A DNA stretch of 63,351 nt, the filler included, from Octopus bimaculoides (Eukaryota): the NCBI RefSeq assembly GCF_001194135.2. It is 6 parts of 6 records of this genome, joined end to end, with 100 filler letters (N's around TTAATTAATTAA, not from the genome) between each part and the next. Parts side by side here need not be neighbours in the genome. Positions count along the whole stretch, not along the records: positions 55,921 to 62,114 come from NC_068985.1; positions 62,215 to 63,351 come from NC_069001.1; 4 more parts are not named here. One strand, written 5' to 3'. The translations under genes and the position numbers were made by a program. Shown here piece by piece: positions 61,104 to 63,351 of the stretch; position 1 is the first letter of the stretch, and every line of letters begins with the position of its first letter. Below the pieces are notes generated by a model, which was not told the DNA's origin, made no database searches, and was given only the letters and a program-made list of their open reading frames with translations.

Positions 61104-61814
61104 TTGATATCGGTGTTTACTTTTATACTCATTCTTAGCCTGAGGAGAGAAACCCAATAATTCCATAATGCCATTTGTACAATATCTATTCCAAACTTTA
61201 CTTTTGATTTAGGCAAATGCAAACACTGTAGGAGCCAGACAAACAACATTTTGCTTTGAGATTTATCTTTGTGCTTTCCTATATGTATGGTCTTTGTACT
61301 ATCACCAATACATTAATATCTTCAATGTTGACTTATACATAAATTTCCTGGCACACTCCACTGGATTCTGAAATCATTTATTAATATACGTATACCTTCC
61401 AATACTCCACTACATATCTCATGTTCTCTCTCTCTCTCTTTTTCTCTTTCCCTTCTTCACATACACAGACTTCTATGAGAAAATAAGAAAGAAAAGTGGG
61501 AGGTAGATTATGGAAGTAAGTATAAGAAAGTGTATACAGAGATACATATTACTCATGGCCATATAATAGAAACTGAAGTGCATAAATATAGTTTGTGTGT
61601 GAGAGAATGTTATGATATATACATGTGTGTATATATGCATATATACACGTGTGTGTGTGTGTGTATGTGTATACGTGCATAGAGAGGGAGAAGAGAGACA
61701 GACAGGTAGACAGAGACAGAGAGAGAGAGATGTATATTTGTATCTAGAAATAGAGACAAGCAGATAGATAGATCTATCCATACATGCATACATATATGCA
61801 TTCATACATACCTA

Positions 61815-61853
<39 letters not shown>

Positions 61854-61879
61854 ATACATACATTCATATACAAACATAC

Positions 61880-62214
61880 ATGGTGGTTGTCTACTCCTTA
61901 AACAGAGTTTGACCACCTCCTGCACCTACACCTTAGCCCTTTCATGGCGTCTGATGTGGCTTTTTAAACCAGACAGTGTTTTGAAAAAACACCCACACAG
62001 ATTGCACCTCTGATTTGCACTACCAATACCTGCAAGTAAGTTCTGCTCATTGTGGATCCTAACATGTCTTTTAAGACCCCCCATTGGATTTGCAAACCCT
62101 CTGGCACACACCACNNNNNNNNNNNNNNNNNNNNNNNNNNNNNNNNNNNNNNNNNNNNTTAATTAATTAANNNNNNNNNNNNNNNNNNNNNNNNNNNNNN
62201 NNNNNNNNNNNNNN

Positions 62215-62251
<37 letters not shown>

Positions 62252-62400
62252 TGTATGTAAGTATACATATATGTATGTATGTATATAAATATACATATGT
62301 GCGTCTCTGTCTATATGTATATGTATGTATATAAATGTATATATACGTATATACGTGTATACATATATGTATATATTTGTATATACATGTATACATAATG

Positions 62401-62449
<49 letters not shown>

Positions 62450-63190
62450 GCAGTTATGTATGTATATGTATATATTTATGTATACGTATGCTGCTTTGAT
62501 GTCCATTTTCGATTAGAGCTCCGATTCAAGCTTTCCAAATGCATCGCAAGCATTAAAACGCCCATGACTGACCTTCTCGTCAAGTGTGTCACATCCAGAT
62601 AATGTGCTTCCGAAAGAGAACTTTTACCACATCATTATTTCATCATTAGTGGGTGGATCGCAGGTGCTAGGGCAAGACCCTTGATTACACCATGACTACT
62701 ACCGCCATCTTCCCTTGATTCCGTCTCGTTTTCGTAGCTGCTCATTACCAGCCTTTGTACGCAGATGTGCGAAGACAGAGGATAGTTGGCCCACGATTGC
62801 ACGCAACTGGTGGTACAGGGATTTTGAATCTCGTTTGTCAGCAGAAGTCTCAATTTCGCAGGCCTTTTTTTTCATCGCCACCACGCGTTCTTTGCTGTCC
62901 GCGACTGTCATGGATCTTAGTCTTGCACCGGACAGATTTTAGATCTGATAGTCTTTTCTACGAACAATTACATAACCAAGAACGTGTCAGTGACCTGAAA
63001 CTTGAATGCTTCCAAGTAACCTTATGTTTATCTTTTTGAATAACACTAGGCGTAATGCCTGACACAGCTGTAACAGGTGTTGCCGATTTGCATTGCCCGT
63101 CCCCATTCCGTGACGTCCTATGTTACTCCAAAGTTCAGAATCACGTTCATCCAAGACATTTCGGACGTCAATCCTTCTGCAGAAAGTAAT
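61880..63190 (-). mobile_element. RTE (BovB-like) LINE, internally deleted, with EN, RT and terminal C2H2 pieces
   Basis: Minus strand: NIGRHGMGTGNANRQHLLQLC (APE endonuclease-like, ~63020-63140); KACEIETSADKRDSKSLYHQLRAI (linker); GSTLSGCDTLDEKVSH..DAFGKLES (RT C-terminal, ~62520-62610); two C2H2 motifs ending at stop 61926. An artificial join lies at 62115-62214. Confidence 0.75.
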
Positions 63191-63351
63191 TGTATTTGAA
63201 AGTGAAACTTAACGTGAGAGAAGCACTGAGAAGGTATATAATTAATAATCTCTGCATATTGAATCATGTTTATATAGATATATACATATATTCTTATTTA
63301 TATATCAGTATATATATATATATTTATATATCAGTATATATATATATATAT

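Noticed and set aside
61926-62114. Host C2H2 zinc-finger gene
   Set aside because: No TGEKP linkers, only two fingers, collinear with RTE fragments and followed by a retro-type tail; better explained as a LINE end.

Overview
Eukaryotic, AT-rich, microsatellite-dense draft-assembly sequence with many N gaps; no prokaryotic features. The repeat complement (tRNA-head SINE families, RTE, Dong/R4, Tx1-like LINE pieces, Tc1/pogo) and the gap style suggest an octopus genome (inference). Most of the window is intronic or intergenic. Best-supported host coding signal: three phase-compatible + strand exons (35872-35997, 36463-36512, 37611-37729) encoding an unidentified coiled-coil protein segment, with a probable next or terminal exon at 38779 and two in-frame GTAAGT donors 15 nt apart. 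Transposons identified by translation and/or TIR+TSD: two Tc1 elements, a near full-length DD35D pogo, hAT MITEs, a 564-bp 8-bp-TSD MITE carrying an inverted TTAGGG palindrome, RTE, Dong/R4 and Tx1-like LINE fragments, Penelope-like ends, and over 30 SINE copies or fragments (main ones listed). Most novel-looking: a ~1.45-kb ORF1-only (HAL1-like) unit between 16-bp direct repeats (9586-11068), the telomere-palindrome MITE (42686-43249), a Tc1 with DD36E spacing, an RTE ending in two C2H2 fingers, and several distinct degenerate tandem arrays at 39-46 kb. Nearly all ORF-track entries are microsatellite or N-gap artefacts. All family calls come from manual translation and recalled consensus, not database searches.
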